Shown here in pieces: positions 25,219 through 34,890 of a stretch of DNA of 54,713 nucleotides (the first letter of the stretch is position 1; each line of letters opens with the position of its first letter). A program made the translations under genes and the position numbers. Source of the DNA: a virus (taxonomy: Duplodnaviria; Caudoviricetes); the IMG/VR virus record IMGVR_UViG_3300032117_000037, positions 1 to 54,713 of that record; one strand, 5' to 3'. A model generated the notes under the pieces. It was given only the letters and a program-made list of their open reading frames with translations, searched no databases and was not told the DNA's origin.

Positions 25219-25824
25219 TTATTCATATAATATGTTTACTGAACCAGCGTCAAATGTATCTGTTCCATTAGATGTTGTAATTCTTACCATATTTAATGTA
25301 CCAGCTAATGTTCCTGTTCCTGCTGTTTGTCCTGTATATGGTGTTGTTGTGACGTTAGAAATAAGACCTGACGAAACCCAAATATTTCCAGAAACATTGG
25401 TTAAAACTATATGCCCACTAAATACATAAGAAGCTGTTGCAATATACATAATATAACCAGCAGTAGATGATACACCGCCTGATGCAGAACCAGATGCTAA
25501 AGCATAACTAGATGTTGAACTATATCCTGATGTTGTAGGTGTACCACCAGTACCAATTTGTATTAATAAGTTAGCACTTCCACTTAATGAAACCCCATTA
25601 AACATTATGGTAATTCTTTTTATCCATGAAGGAAGGCTAGTATAATCAATGCTAGTTCCAGATGTAGATGCTACTGTTGTGCCTGCTACAATATTAGAAT
25701 TTACACCAGCAACTGTGGCTGTTCCTGTACCTACAGGCAATGTAATTGTATTAGTTCCTGATACTGCTGGAGCAGCTATTGTAATACTGCCTGAGGTATC
25801 TCCAGCTATGCTAATTTGCGCCAT
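25219..25824 (-). CDS. tail fibre protein
   Basis: ISIAGDTSGSITIAAPAVSG N-terminus; LPSWIKRIT; GTDTFDAGSVNILYE C-terminus. Confidence 0.75.
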   Translation of the reverse strand: MAQISIAGDTSGSITIAAPAVSGTNTITLPVGTGTATVAGVNSNIVAGTTVASTSGTSIDYTSLPSWIKRITIMFNGVSLSGSANLLIQIGTGGTPTTSGYSSTSSYALASGSASGGVSSTAGYIMYIATASYVFSGHIVLTNVSGNIWVSSGLISNVTTTPYTGQTAGTGTLAGTLNMVRITTSNGTDTFDAGSVNILYE

Positions 25825-26726
25825 TATTTAGCTCCTTCTAGTGTTTCTATTCTTGCTTTTAGGTCATTGATGATGGTTTGTTGTTCTTGGATTGCTGCTG
25901 TTAAAAGTGAAACCATATTTCCATAAGCTAAAGCATCTGGAGTTCCATCTTCTGCATATTGTACAAATTGTGTTAATCCTATTTTATCTACTTCTTCTGC
26001 AATTAACCCACCATAAAATTTGTCACCATCAACTGCACTTAAACCTTGATATGTTACTGGTCTTAATTTAAGTACATCTGATAATCCATATAATGCGTCT
26101 TGAACATTTTTTTTATATTTTAATGATGATGTAGCACGAAGTAATGTTCCATCAGTATTTATAAAAGCATTTGCACTAACAGCAGCAGTATAGTTATAAG
26201 GTGATTGACTGCCCTGCCCTGTTCTCATAGCACCATCATCTCTAATATAAAATAATTCTGTTCCACTACTATTTGAAATACTTAATGTGTTTGTACCAGA
26301 TGTATTTCCAGATGATTTAAGTGTAAATTTACCTAGTGCTGTTGTAGTTCCCACTAACACATTACCACCAGAACTATTAGAAGCCATAGCTAAAATTGGA
26401 TTAGTATGACTATCATAATTTGAATACCAAGTTAAGTTATTTCCTGATGTATCCAAAAACCATGAACGATTTCCTGGATTTTCAATATCAAGAACTGTAG
26501 TATTGGCAGATGGGCTAATAGTTAATTTACCATCAATTTCCGCAGTTCCACTTACTTGCAATTTGCTATTAGGACTACTTGTACCAATCCCTACATTCTG
26601 TGATGTATCTATAGTAATTGCAGTAGTAGCTGATGCACCTGTAGCTAACTGTAATTGACCGCTAGTATCCGCAGTCATGTTTAATGCTGTGCCTGATGAT
26701 GTTCCTGCTGAAATTATACTTGCCAT
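25824..26726 (-). CDS. tail fibre with C-terminal intramolecular chaperone (peptidase S74-like)
   Basis: NVGIGTSSP repeats; TSSLKYKKNV...LRPVTY...GLIAEEV...AIQEQQ..I..LKARI. Confidence 0.85.
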   Translation of the reverse strand: MASIISAGTSSGTALNMTADTSGQLQLATGASATTAITIDTSQNVGIGTSSPNSKLQVSGTAEIDGKLTISPSANTTVLDIENPGNRSWFLDTSGNNLTWYSNYDSHTNPILAMASNSSGGNVLVGTTTALGKFTLKSSGNTSGTNTLSISNSSGTELFYIRDDGAMRTGQGSQSPYNYTAAVSANAFINTDGTLLRATSSLKYKKNVQDALYGLSDVLKLRPVTYQGLSAVDGDKFYGGLIAEEVDKIGLTQFVQYAEDGTPDALAYGNMVSLLTAAIQEQQTIINDLKARIETLEGAK

Positions 26727-26734
26727 AATTTACC

Positions 26735-28588
26735 TTATAATATTACCCATCGGCTACCTGATGGAACTGTGACTGATTTACCTGTTGCAACTGTTATAGG
26801 GCCAACACTCATAGCGTTTTGACCTGACGCAATAGTATAACTTGTATTGACAGTATTTGCATTAATTACTAATCCATTAGAGGCAACAATTTCAGGTGCT
26901 GTTAAAGCTCCAGTAGATGGATTGGCAGTAAAGCTTGTATTTATGTAATCTACTGTTGTAGTTCCACTAGAAGCCGACTGAAAGCCTACATTATAATTTG
27001 TATTACTTGTAGTAGAAGTAATAGTTAAGCCAGCGGTATTGGATACCCAAGTTGGAGGTGTGCCTGATCCGTTGGATTGAAGAATGTAGCCTGATGTTCC
27101 GTAAGATCCGTTAAACGCTACCGCATTACTTGGATTAACTGTAATAGCATCAGCTGAGTTAGCATTGGTTACAAAGTGAATAGAGTTAGAAGACCCTGTA
27201 CCAATAGCTAAATCTGTACCTTGTGAGTATAAATAGACGTTATTGGCAGCACCTAAAGCACCTGTTCCTGAAAAGCCACTACTGTTAATACCAAAGTCAC
27301 CAAAGTATGCGGCTGATGTAGCTAAGTTATTACTTACGATAAAGTCTGTAGAAGCAGTGTTACCAGAATTGGTATTTTGTAAAACAATCTGATTATAGGA
27401 ATTTACAGAGGAAGTAAATGATGCAAAGATGTTTGAATCAGAATATCCTAGTGTTCCATAACTAAATGCACCAGCATTTAAAGAACCTGTAATCGTAGCA
27501 TTAGCTGCAAAAGCAGGAGCTGTGACTGTGGTTCCGTTATAGGTAAATGTAGATGAGTTACTAAATGCGTTTGTACCATTACCATATGGCACATAACCCG
27601 CAGTTAAAGATGTAAGTCCTGTTCCGCCTGCAACTACAGGAAGTGTGCCTGCAGTTAATGCATTAGGTGCGGTGGAATAAAGTGCATAGTTAGACGAGCC
27701 AAATGTAGTAAGACCTGTACCACCATAACCTGCTGCTATAGCTGTACCATTCCATACTGCGTTAGTAATCGTAGCATTATTAAAAGATGCATTTGTTGCA
27801 CTAAAGTCAAACTCACCTGGTAAGAACGCATATTTAGTCCATGTACCCGCAGTCGTTGAGTTAGAAATTAAATATATAAAATCAGCACCACCAGATGGTA
27901 CTGTATCTACAGTTGCAGAAGCATTATTTACAATTGTTAAAAGACCGCCAGCATCATTATCAAATATAAATGCAGCACCATTAGGTAAAGTAGTAGCATC
28001 TGGAAGTTGAAATGTTTGGGTTGTAGAACCTGTAAGTCTTTGGATATATGCAGATGCGGCTGTTAAAACAGTTGTAGATGCAGTAGAGACTGTAGCAGCA
28101 TATCCAGCTAAAACATTATTTGCTGTGATATTTGAATTAGCATCACGCAAAACAACAGAGTTAATACCAGATGATGATGTGACTCCAGTACCACCATAAA
28201 CTACGCCTACAGTCGTTCCTTGCCATGTTCCTGAAGCTATTGTGCCTAATGGAGAAACATTGCCTGAAGCGTCAAGATTGACTGATTTTTCTGCTGGATA
28301 TGTAACGAATACGGAAGAACTATTTCCCACTAATGGGATTGCCGTGGTTGTTCCGTTGGAGTTTGATAAAACGGTTGTACGAGCTAGTTGATTTGGAGAT
28401 CCAGTTGTAACTGTACCAAGACCCACTTCCCATGCTTGAGCTATGTTGTCATAGATCGTGTAGAAAGTGGTGTTATTACCAATAGTCGTGAAGGATTGGA
28501 AACCAGGCACTGCTCCATTAAGCGTAAGCGTACCCGTACCACTAGTCGTGGTAGTTTCCTGGACTCTATCCTTGACTACAAGAGCCAT
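26735..28588 (-). CDS. long tail fibre / fibre-anchoring protein
   Basis: MALVVKDRVQETTTT N-terminus; GGTG repeats; NAMSVGPITV...VPSGSRWVIL C-terminus. Confidence 0.8.
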   Translation of the reverse strand: MALVVKDRVQETTTTSGTGTLTLNGAVPGFQSFTTIGNNTTFYTIYDNIAQAWEVGLGTVTTGSPNQLARTTVLSNSNGTTTAIPLVGNSSSVFVTYPAEKSVNLDASGNVSPLGTIASGTWQGTTVGVVYGGTGVTSSSGINSVVLRDANSNITANNVLAGYAATVSTASTTVLTAASAYIQRLTGSTTQTFQLPDATTLPNGAAFIFDNDAGGLLTIVNNASATVDTVPSGGADFIYLISNSTTAGTWTKYAFLPGEFDFSATNASFNNATITNAVWNGTAIAAGYGGTGLTTFGSSNYALYSTAPNALTAGTLPVVAGGTGLTSLTAGYVPYGNGTNAFSNSSTFTYNGTTVTAPAFAANATITGSLNAGAFSYGTLGYSDSNIFASFTSSVNSYNQIVLQNTNSGNTASTDFIVSNNLATSAAYFGDFGINSSGFSGTGALGAANNVYLYSQGTDLAIGTGSSNSIHFVTNANSADAITVNPSNAVAFNGSYGTSGYILQSNGSGTPPTWVSNTAGLTITSTTSNTNYNVGFQSASSGTTTVDYINTSFTANPSTGALTAPEIVASNGLVINANTVNTSYTIASGQNAMSVGPITVATGKSVTVPSGSRWVIL

Positions 28589-28597
28589 TTAAGCTCC

Positions 28598-29206
28598 TTA
28601 AGAGGTTGCAGTAGTTGAGTACGTTACCGAGACAGTATCACCAGCAGTTGTAGCTTTAGCTACAGAGAAAGCACCAGCTGAATATAATGTACCACCCGTA
28701 TTGCCTAAAGTACTTGTAGCACCAGAGCCAGTTACTAAGAAACAACCACCTACTGTACCACCTGAACCTGTGATGGTATATGTGATTGCAGTTGCTGTTG
28801 ATGTAGTAACGTTAGAAGGTGAAGTACCTGTTGATGTAGCTGTACCAAATACTGCTGTACCACGCACTGCTGAACCAGTTACTGTATAAGCAGTAAATTC
28901 TGTCCAACCAGCATGTGATGTCATTGTATCTGATGCTGCAAATGTAGGTGATGCACCTGAAATAAGACCTAAGAATGGACCTACTGTAGTGTATGTACCA
29001 GATGTAGTAAGTAAAGTGTTTAGAAGAAGTTGTTTACCAACAGCATTTACTAGGTTAGGAAACTGTTCTTCCCATTTTAAATTACCATTAGCATCACGAC
29101 ATTCAACTACGTAATGTCCTTCAATACCTACTGATTCATTGGAAATAGCATTAGCACCAAGACTAATAACCGCTTGATCTCCAAATCCTTGTGATTCTTT
29201 TAACAT
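28598..29206 (-). CDS. virion structural protein
   Basis: NLVNAVGK, DTMTSHAGWTE and GTLYSAG motifs; Thr/Gly-rich. Confidence 0.7.
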   Translation of the reverse strand: MLKESQGFGDQAVISLGANAISNESVGIEGHYVVECRDANGNLKWEEQFPNLVNAVGKQLLLNTLLTTSGTYTTVGPFLGLISGASPTFAASDTMTSHAGWTEFTAYTVTGSAVRGTAVFGTATSTGTSPSNVTTSTATAITYTITGSGGTVGGCFLVTGSGATSTLGNTGGTLYSAGAFSVAKATTAGDTVSVTYSTTATS

Positions 29207-29215
29207 AAAAACTCC

Positions 29216-29653
29216 TTAAGTTGCAATAGAACTAGATATTCTCAACACGGCATTTGAAGAATTGCTAGTGGGAAAAGTGACTGTAAAGCTAGATGTACAG
29301 ATCTTGTCTGAACCAAAATTTAGCACAAATATAGCTGCACCAGTAGTGCTATTATAAACTAAACCACCCCTACATGTAAAGCTTGCAGGACTCCAAGTGA
29401 CATTATTGAATGTCAAATAAGAAGTATTACTTTGGTTATCATAAGCTATGGTAGGTGTTAAAACTATGCCTCCAGCTGTATAACCTGTGCCTGTAACTTC
29501 ATTAACTGTGGTATAAGCAGTGGTAGTATTGCCTAAGTTTGCATTAGCATTATATAAAGCTAGTTTATATACATATGGGCTTGTAGGAGAGAAGTTCTCT
29601 GCTCCTTGAAGCATATTGTATTCAAATACAGTACAAGCGGTTTGAACGATCAT
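29216..29653 (-). CDS. virion structural protein
   Basis: KLALY, TTAYTTVNEVTGTGYTAGG and LNFGSDK motifs. Confidence 0.7.
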   Translation of the reverse strand: MIVQTACTVFEYNMLQGAENFSPTSPYVYKLALYNANANLGNTTTAYTTVNEVTGTGYTAGGIVLTPTIAYDNQSNTSYLTFNNVTWSPASFTCRGGLVYNSTTGAAIFVLNFGSDKICTSSFTVTFPTSNSSNAVLRISSSIAT

Positions 29654-30570
29654 GGATTAACCTTCATACGAGCCTGACCATTACGGTATGCATCACCTCT
29701 TTCAAGACCTGTACCAAGACGATTAAGTTGTTGGATAGCTTCTTGATATTTTTCTTCGTAGTTCTTAATAACATCAGGTTCTTGACGTTGGAATAACATA
29801 GCTTCACGCATAGAGCCATATAAAAGTACTGGATCATAGTTATCACCTAACCATGATGTGCCATTGACGTTAGAGATTGTATTTACTGGAATAAGCAATC
29901 CAGAACCAGAACCACCTAAACTTGAATTAGATGCACTTAATACATCAGTTAATGTGTAGAATTGACCACCATTTGTAAGTGTGACTGAAGCTACTGCACC
30001 TGAAGAATTCACTACAATATTAGCTGTAGCACCAGATCCTGAGCCTCCTGTTAAAGCTACTTCGGTATATGTTCCAGGAGTATACAAAGAACCACCTGAA
30101 ATAGCATTAAAGCCAGTAATTTGACCTTGAACAATAGTAGGTGGATAGTAATAGTAGTGAAGTTCTACTTGATAATTATTATCTGGTGTTGGTCCTAAAA
30201 TCAATGATAAAGCATCTAAATTTCCATATTGGTTACCAAATAACGCATAATGTTGTGGTAAACCTGTAGATGTAGAAGTTGGATAAGCTTGACGGATGTA
30301 GTTGACGTCTTTGTTTAAAAGGTAATTATAGTTGCCAGATGAATCTATAACGGCTAATGAGAACGCAGATAACCAATCATTTGGTAAAGATACGTATTGA
30401 TTACCTAAAGTCAGTGTACCCGTTACGTTTTTACGTAATGATGGCAATTGAACAGAATTATAAATTCTGTCTTCAGCTTCTTGGACAAAACGAGGTATGT
30501 TAGCAACAAACAGTGGTTCTGTTGTTTCGGCATAGTCCATTATGGCTTGATACAATTGGACGTAATTGAT
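29650..30570 (-). CDS. tail adaptor/connector protein; likely start extends to ATC at 30570
   Basis: FVQEAEDRI, LLNKDVNYIRQAYP, LGPTPD, WLGDN...LLYGS; in-frame ATC-AAT-TAC-GTC-CAA upstream of the TTG at 30555. Confidence 0.75.
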   Translation of the reverse strand: MNYVQLYQAIMDYAETTEPLFVANIPRFVQEAEDRIYNSVQLPSLRKNVTGTLTLGNQYVSLPNDWLSAFSLAVIDSSGNYNYLLNKDVNYIRQAYPTSTSTGLPQHYALFGNQYGNLDALSLILGPTPDNNYQVELHYYYYPPTIVQGQITGFNAISGGSLYTPGTYTEVALTGGSGSGATANIVVNSSGAVASVTLTNGGQFYTLTDVLSASNSSLGGSGSGLLIPVNTISNVNGTSWLGDNYDPVLLYGSMREAMLFQRQEPDVIKNYEEKYQEAIQQLNRLGTGLERGDAYRNGQARMKVNP

Positions 30571-31161
30571 TTAAATCACCCTAACCAAAGTATATTTATT
30601 TTTTACCTTGCCTTTATTAGCTATTAATTGTGAAATATTACCTGCAACTGTTCCAAAAAAATCTGCTGCATATTTTTGATTCAAAAATGATATGGCAAGC
30701 TCTTTACAATATACTGGTTTCCATTTTGCTTTTGCAGTTTTAGCAATATCATCTTGAGATTTTTTACGACCTATATTTGCTTTTCCCCATTTACTTCTAA
30801 TTACAGGATCTTGCAATGTTTTCTTTAAAGATATGCTACGTTTAATAACAACTTCTTTAGGTGGAATATATCCTTTAACTCCAGATCCACCTTTAGTCAT
30901 ATTATAAACTGGTTTAAACTCTTCTATAAGTAATTTTTCAGCTTGATGCAACGACTCTTCATCAAAAGCATAAAATATCTCATCAAATACAAAGCTTTCA
31001 AACTTATATTTGTTAAGTGCTTCTGAAAATTTAGTCTTATATGTTTTCATTGAGCATTTATGATTGGTAATTCTTTTCTTTATATTTTGACAAGTTTGAC
31101 CGATATATTGTTCACCAGTAATCTTGTTGGTACAAAGATAAATAATACCAAATCTATTCAT
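30571..31161 (-). mobile_element. free-standing GIY-YIG homing endonuclease
   Basis: GIIYLCTN...QYIGQT, R..H, AE..LI, YNMTKGG; basic NUMOD-type C-terminus; AT-rich. Confidence 0.88.
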
Positions 31162-31457
31162 TATGCCATTGGACCTCTAGCCTTACGGCCTTTAGTAGCA
31201 GCACCATTACCACGTGTTTCAACGCCATCAGTTTTTTCTTCACTGATACCATAGCTCATGCCACTTTTAATTGGATCAGTAATACGTGCATCTTTAGCTG
31301 ATTTTTCACGGCTATACACGCCATCTTTCATTGGAGCTTCACCAGCTGCAACAGATGTACCGTTCTTTTCATAAGCTTCTGCAGGTTTGTTATTTCTAGC
31401 ATGACCTGTTTTTACAGATGGGCTATTCTTTTTTGTTGGTTTAACTTGAGTGACCAT
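31161..31457 (-). CDS. small basic protein (probable start MVTQVKP at 31457)
   Basis: Ends RGNGAATKGRKARGPMA; start follows the upstream stop. Confidence 0.65.
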   Translation of the reverse strand: MVTQVKPTKKNSPSVKTGHARNNKPAEAYEKNGTSVAAGEAPMKDGVYSREKSAKDARITDPIKSGMSYGISEEKTDGVETRGNGAATKGRKARGPMA

Positions 31458-31458
31458 A

Positions 31459-31635
31459 TTATTTGCTTCCTGGTTTTTGGTTGTGAGCACGTGCTAAGTT
31501 ACGGCCTACAGCTTTCATTGCTTTGCCTGTAACGCCACCTTTAGCAAGTTTAGTTTCTTTCTTGCCTTTGTGCATATGTTTTTCATGCTTGTGTATTTCT
31601 ACATCAGCAATCTTTTTAACAGTTTTCTTTTCCAT
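31459..31635 (-). CDS. 58-aa basic protein with LAKGG motif (not in ORF track)
   Basis: MEKKTVKKIADVEIHKHEKHMHKGKKETKLAKGGVTGKAMKAVGRNLARAHNQKPGSK; AGGAG RBS. Confidence 0.75.
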   Translation of the reverse strand: MEKKTVKKIADVEIHKHEKHMHKGKKETKLAKGGVTGKAMKAVGRNLARAHNQKPGSK

Positions 31636-31644
31636 GTTTACTCC

Positions 31645-32079
31645 TTAAGTAGTTGTTATTGTAACGCTATTAATTTTTATTAATGGTAGCAAGTCATTTG
31701 GTGTTAATAATGTATCAAAGTTTCTTGCACCACCCACAGGGTTCCAACCCCACTGCGTTTGACGAGAACCATCTGAAGGATATCCTGCGTCATCTAAGTT
31801 TGTTACAGTTGGATCGTATGGGTTAGTCATTAATCCATATGTACCACCAACATTATAACTCACATCTGGTCTTGGTTCACGTACTGCTTGTGGATCATTA
31901 ACAGGATAAAGACCAAGACTTAATTGTGGATGATCTGGATCCCAACATTCAGGACAAACTTTAATGTTAAAAAGCTTAGTTTTAATGACTTCTTTTTTAA
32001 GCTCTGTTAACTTATAGCGTTGACCACAGCGATCACATTCGGCAATTGCATACTTACCTGAGGCAAATTTATTAGGCAT
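31645..32079 (-). CDS. conserved zinc-finger phage protein
   Basis: CDRC...CPECWDPDHPQL and DPQAVREPRPD. Confidence 0.75.
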   Translation of the reverse strand: MPNKFASGKYAIAECDRCGQRYKLTELKKEVIKTKLFNIKVCPECWDPDHPQLSLGLYPVNDPQAVREPRPDVSYNVGGTYGLMTNPYDPTVTNLDDAGYPSDGSRQTQWGWNPVGGARNFDTLLTPNDLLPLIKINSVTITTT

Positions 32080-32081
32080 GA

Positions 32082-33041
32082 TTACCTCGTGTAGAACATA
32101 CTTCTAGGCACAAATCTTATTGATGCCTTTTCACGATCCTCTTGTGAAGCTAAATCCCATTGTTGATCATAGTCAGCTTTTAACGCTAATACACGGTTAG
32201 GATCAACGCCAGCAAGCTTCATTGATAAGTAATAAGCTAAACCTGCTACCATAGGTGGAATAAATCTGTATGGAATGTCATTGATCACTACACCAGATCC
32301 TGCGTCTTGAATACGTCTTAAACGCCAGTAAACAAATGTATAATTGCCACCAGAATTAGGTGTAGGCCATACATTAATGTTTGGAAGCTGAGGAACTAAT
32401 GCAGTTGCACTATATGCATGAGATGTTGCTGTTGTTCCATTTTGTCCACGAATACAATTAAGCAAGTAATTATTAGTTGTATCAACATTAGGATAATAAA
32501 TGATTTCATTGTCAAATTGTATAAATCCTGTAGCTGCTAAATCAGAAATATTTGGACCAATTTGAATATTCGTATCTGTTGCACTAATACCACCATTGCC
32601 ATTAGATCCATTACCTACAAGATAGTCTTTATTTGCAGATGGACTAGTATTTCCAGACTGTCTGTTGATCCAAACTTGAATTGGACGACCAACAGCTAGT
32701 TTATTAGGGATTGTTGAGTATGTATCTTCAGAAATACGAGAAATATTGATGTCAATTTGGTTTTGTAACGTTCCTTGACGTACAACATGACTTAAAAGAT
32801 CAATGGTATCTACAGGAAGTGGGTATGATATCTGTCCTGTTACTAAAGGAATCTGTCCTTCTTCTACAGTCCATAAATTGATGCCTCGATTAGCCCATTC
32901 AATCGTTAAAATGTTAAGACTGCGTTGAGCAGTCCTAAAATCGTAACCAGTTCTAAGTTCTAACCCACATCTTTCAAACGCCTCTTCAATGAGGTCGTTC
33001 ATATTAAGATTAAAGGACGTTGTCCCTGTGGTATATGTCAT
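32082..33041 (-). CDS. head-tail adaptor protein with inserted beta domain
   Basis: IEEAFERCG, RSLN....EWANRG.NLW, IPYRF..PMVAGLAYYL motifs. Confidence 0.75.
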   Translation of the reverse strand: MTYTTGTTSFNLNMNDLIEEAFERCGLELRTGYDFRTAQRSLNILTIEWANRGINLWTVEEGQIPLVTGQISYPLPVDTIDLLSHVVRQGTLQNQIDINISRISEDTYSTIPNKLAVGRPIQVWINRQSGNTSPSANKDYLVGNGSNGNGGISATDTNIQIGPNISDLAATGFIQFDNEIIYYPNVDTTNNYLLNCIRGQNGTTATSHAYSATALVPQLPNINVWPTPNSGGNYTFVYWRLRRIQDAGSGVVINDIPYRFIPPMVAGLAYYLSMKLAGVDPNRVLALKADYDQQWDLASQEDREKASIRFVPRSMFYTR

Positions 33042-33334
33042 TATTTTTTCTTAAGTTTGCCTAATGTTTGAGCCAATTTTGCTCTTTGACCAATTTTTCC
33101 TGATTTTTTTGCGGCAGACGCTAATTTTGATGCTGGAATCTTCTCTCCAGCCTTAACTTTTAGCGATTTACGCAAACTTCCTGGATGTTTGATAGCTCCA
33201 GCAATCCAATTGCCTGTTTTTCCGCCTTTTTTGTACTCATAAACCTGATTTGGATTATCTTTTCTGATAATTGTCTTAGGTTTTGAAGGCATCTTGGAGG
33301 GTTTTATATCACCCATTCCACGAGAGGCTCTCAT
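33041..33334 (-). CDS. basic protein (probable start MRASRGMG at 33334)
   Basis: Two modules joined by YKKGG; WIAGAIKHPGSLR module. Confidence 0.65.
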   Translation of the reverse strand: MRASRGMGDIKPSKMPSKPKTIIRKDNPNQVYEYKKGGKTGNWIAGAIKHPGSLRKSLKVKAGEKIPASKLASAAKKSGKIGQRAKLAQTLGKLKKK

Positions 33335-33335
33335 A

Positions 33336-33536
33336 TTACTTAGAGTAACCGCCACCACACATTTTTTCAACGATTTCATGGTGATGTTTGTGACCATGCA
33401 TACCGCCATCGTGGTGTTTTAAGTGTTTTTCAACGTGTTCATGGTGATGAATATGACCGCCATGTGCGTGATGACCATCGTGATGCTTCATATGGTCTGC
33501 TACGTGTTCGTGATGATGTTTGTGACCGTGTTTCAT
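33336..33536 (-). CDS. His-rich peptide (25 His in 66 aa)
   Basis: AAGGAG RBS; three H-x-HHHE-x-V repeats; ends MCGGGYSK. Confidence 0.75.
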   Translation of the reverse strand: MKHGHKHHHEHVADHMKHHDGHHAHGGHIHHHEHVEKHLKHHDGGMHGHKHHHEIVEKMCGGGYSK

Positions 33537-33546
33537 ATATTGCTCC

Positions 33547-33750
33547 TTAAATAAATTTACCTTTTGTTATACCACGTTTTTCAATACCATGACCTCTAAC
33601 CTTACCACCTTTAGCTTTTTTAACTACAGGCCCCATATCAACTTCACCAACACCTTTTGGTACTGGATGAGTTTGAGTAGGTAATGCTTTAGTTTCTGGT
33701 GACATATCACCAGCTTTAACTATTGGAACAGGTTTAATATCTGATGCCAT
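33547..33750 (-). CDS. small basic protein
   Basis: KAKGGKVRGHGIEKRGITKG C-terminus. Confidence 0.7.
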   Translation of the reverse strand: MASDIKPVPIVKAGDMSPETKALPTQTHPVPKGVGEVDMGPVVKKAKGGKVRGHGIEKRGITKGKFI

Positions 33751-33752
33751 GA

Positions 33753-34343
33753 TTAACAGTATTTACCTTTTGTGTGACCACGTTTAGCAATACCGTCAGC
33801 AACCTTAGCATAGCCACCTTTACGCATAGGTTTTACATCTTTAGGAGCAACTGTTTTACCAGAATCACCCAAGTTGTGACCTTTTGTATGACCACGTTTT
33901 TGAACTGCTGATTCACCGTGTTTTGTTAATTTGTTAGAACCTTTTTCAACATCTTCTGACATTGATTTAGGACCCATTGTTTCTTTTTCTTTAAACATTT
34001 TAGTTTTACCACCTTCTGCGTGTTTATGAACTTTACCACCGTGCTTAAGATTTAATCCACGTGTGTGACCAGATTTTTGAACAGCGTGTTCACCATGTTT
34101 TAATGGTCTTTCACCTGCTTCAATTGCTGGATCTTCTGTTGGGCCACCTTTAGCCATTTTCTTCATGTGTGATTTACCACCATGCTTCATACCAACGCCA
34201 CCTGGACCACCCATACCAACTGGTGGAACACCTGGAACTGGAGATGCTTGTGGAGGAACCATAGGTGTACGAGCCATTGGAGCACGCATTGGAGCTCTTA
34301 CTGGAACTGGTACTGGTACTATTTTTGTTCTTGTTTTTGCCAT
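33753..34343 (-). CDS. basic low-complexity protein with multiple xxxGG motifs
   Basis: MKHGG, MAKGG, LKHGG, HAEGG, MRKGG; repeated KHGE.AVQK.GHT.G. Confidence 0.7.
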   Translation of the reverse strand: MAKTRTKIVPVPVPVRAPMRAPMARTPMVPPQASPVPGVPPVGMGGPGGVGMKHGGKSHMKKMAKGGPTEDPAIEAGERPLKHGEHAVQKSGHTRGLNLKHGGKVHKHAEGGKTKMFKEKETMGPKSMSEDVEKGSNKLTKHGESAVQKRGHTKGHNLGDSGKTVAPKDVKPMRKGGYAKVADGIAKRGHTKGKYC

Positions 34344-34362
34344 GTTATTTACCTTTTAAATG

Positions 34363-34890
34363 TTAGTTACAATTCCATCTTTTTAGAGATGCTGCTTTAC
34401 GAGTAGGTCTGCCTTTTTCATCTTTCATAGGACCTGGCATTCCACTCATTCTAGCACAAAATGATCTTTTGCGTGCACCTCCTTGCGGCTGAGGCGCTTT
34501 TAAGTGACTACCAGTTTCCCTATTGTATTTAGCACGACCTTTAGCTGTAAGTCCAGCACCTTTGGACACTGGTAATTTCTCACCACGTCCAACAGATAAT
34601 GAAACTCCACCTTTTTTCATCTTAGCTGTCTTGGCAGATTCTTTAAATGCTTTAGCAGTTGGAGCACCTTTAGCTCCTGGTTTACGCATATGTTCACCAC
34701 TACCGTGAGCTATACGCTCCTGTTTAGCGTGAATGTTTGCATAAAGGCCGCCATATTTAAATTTCTTACCTTTGTCAGCTTCGGCAAAGTCTTTACCTAC
34801 AGATTGGGGAATACCTACTTTTTTAGCAAAGGCTTTATTATGAGCCACTGCTTCCATGAGTCTATGTTGTTTTGCTGATTTACTGGGCAT
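34363..34890 (-). CDS. basic three-module protein
   Basis: MPSKS...ADKG / GLYANIHAK...AKTAK / GLTAKGRAKYN...SFCARM...WNC, separated by FKYGG and MKKGG. Confidence 0.7.
   Translation of the reverse strand: MPSKSAKQHRLMEAVAHNKAFAKKVGIPQSVGKDFAEADKGKKFKYGGLYANIHAKQERIAHGSGEHMRKPGAKGAPTAKAFKESAKTAKMKKGGVSLSVGRGEKLPVSKGAGLTAKGRAKYNRETGSHLKAPQPQGGARKRSFCARMSGMPGPMKDEKGRPTRKAASLKRWNCN

Noticed and set aside
33335-33409. N-terminal extension MAVCMVTN... of the 122-aa ORF
   Set aside because: It overlaps the His-rich gene; ATG at 33334 directly after that gene's stop is the more plausible start
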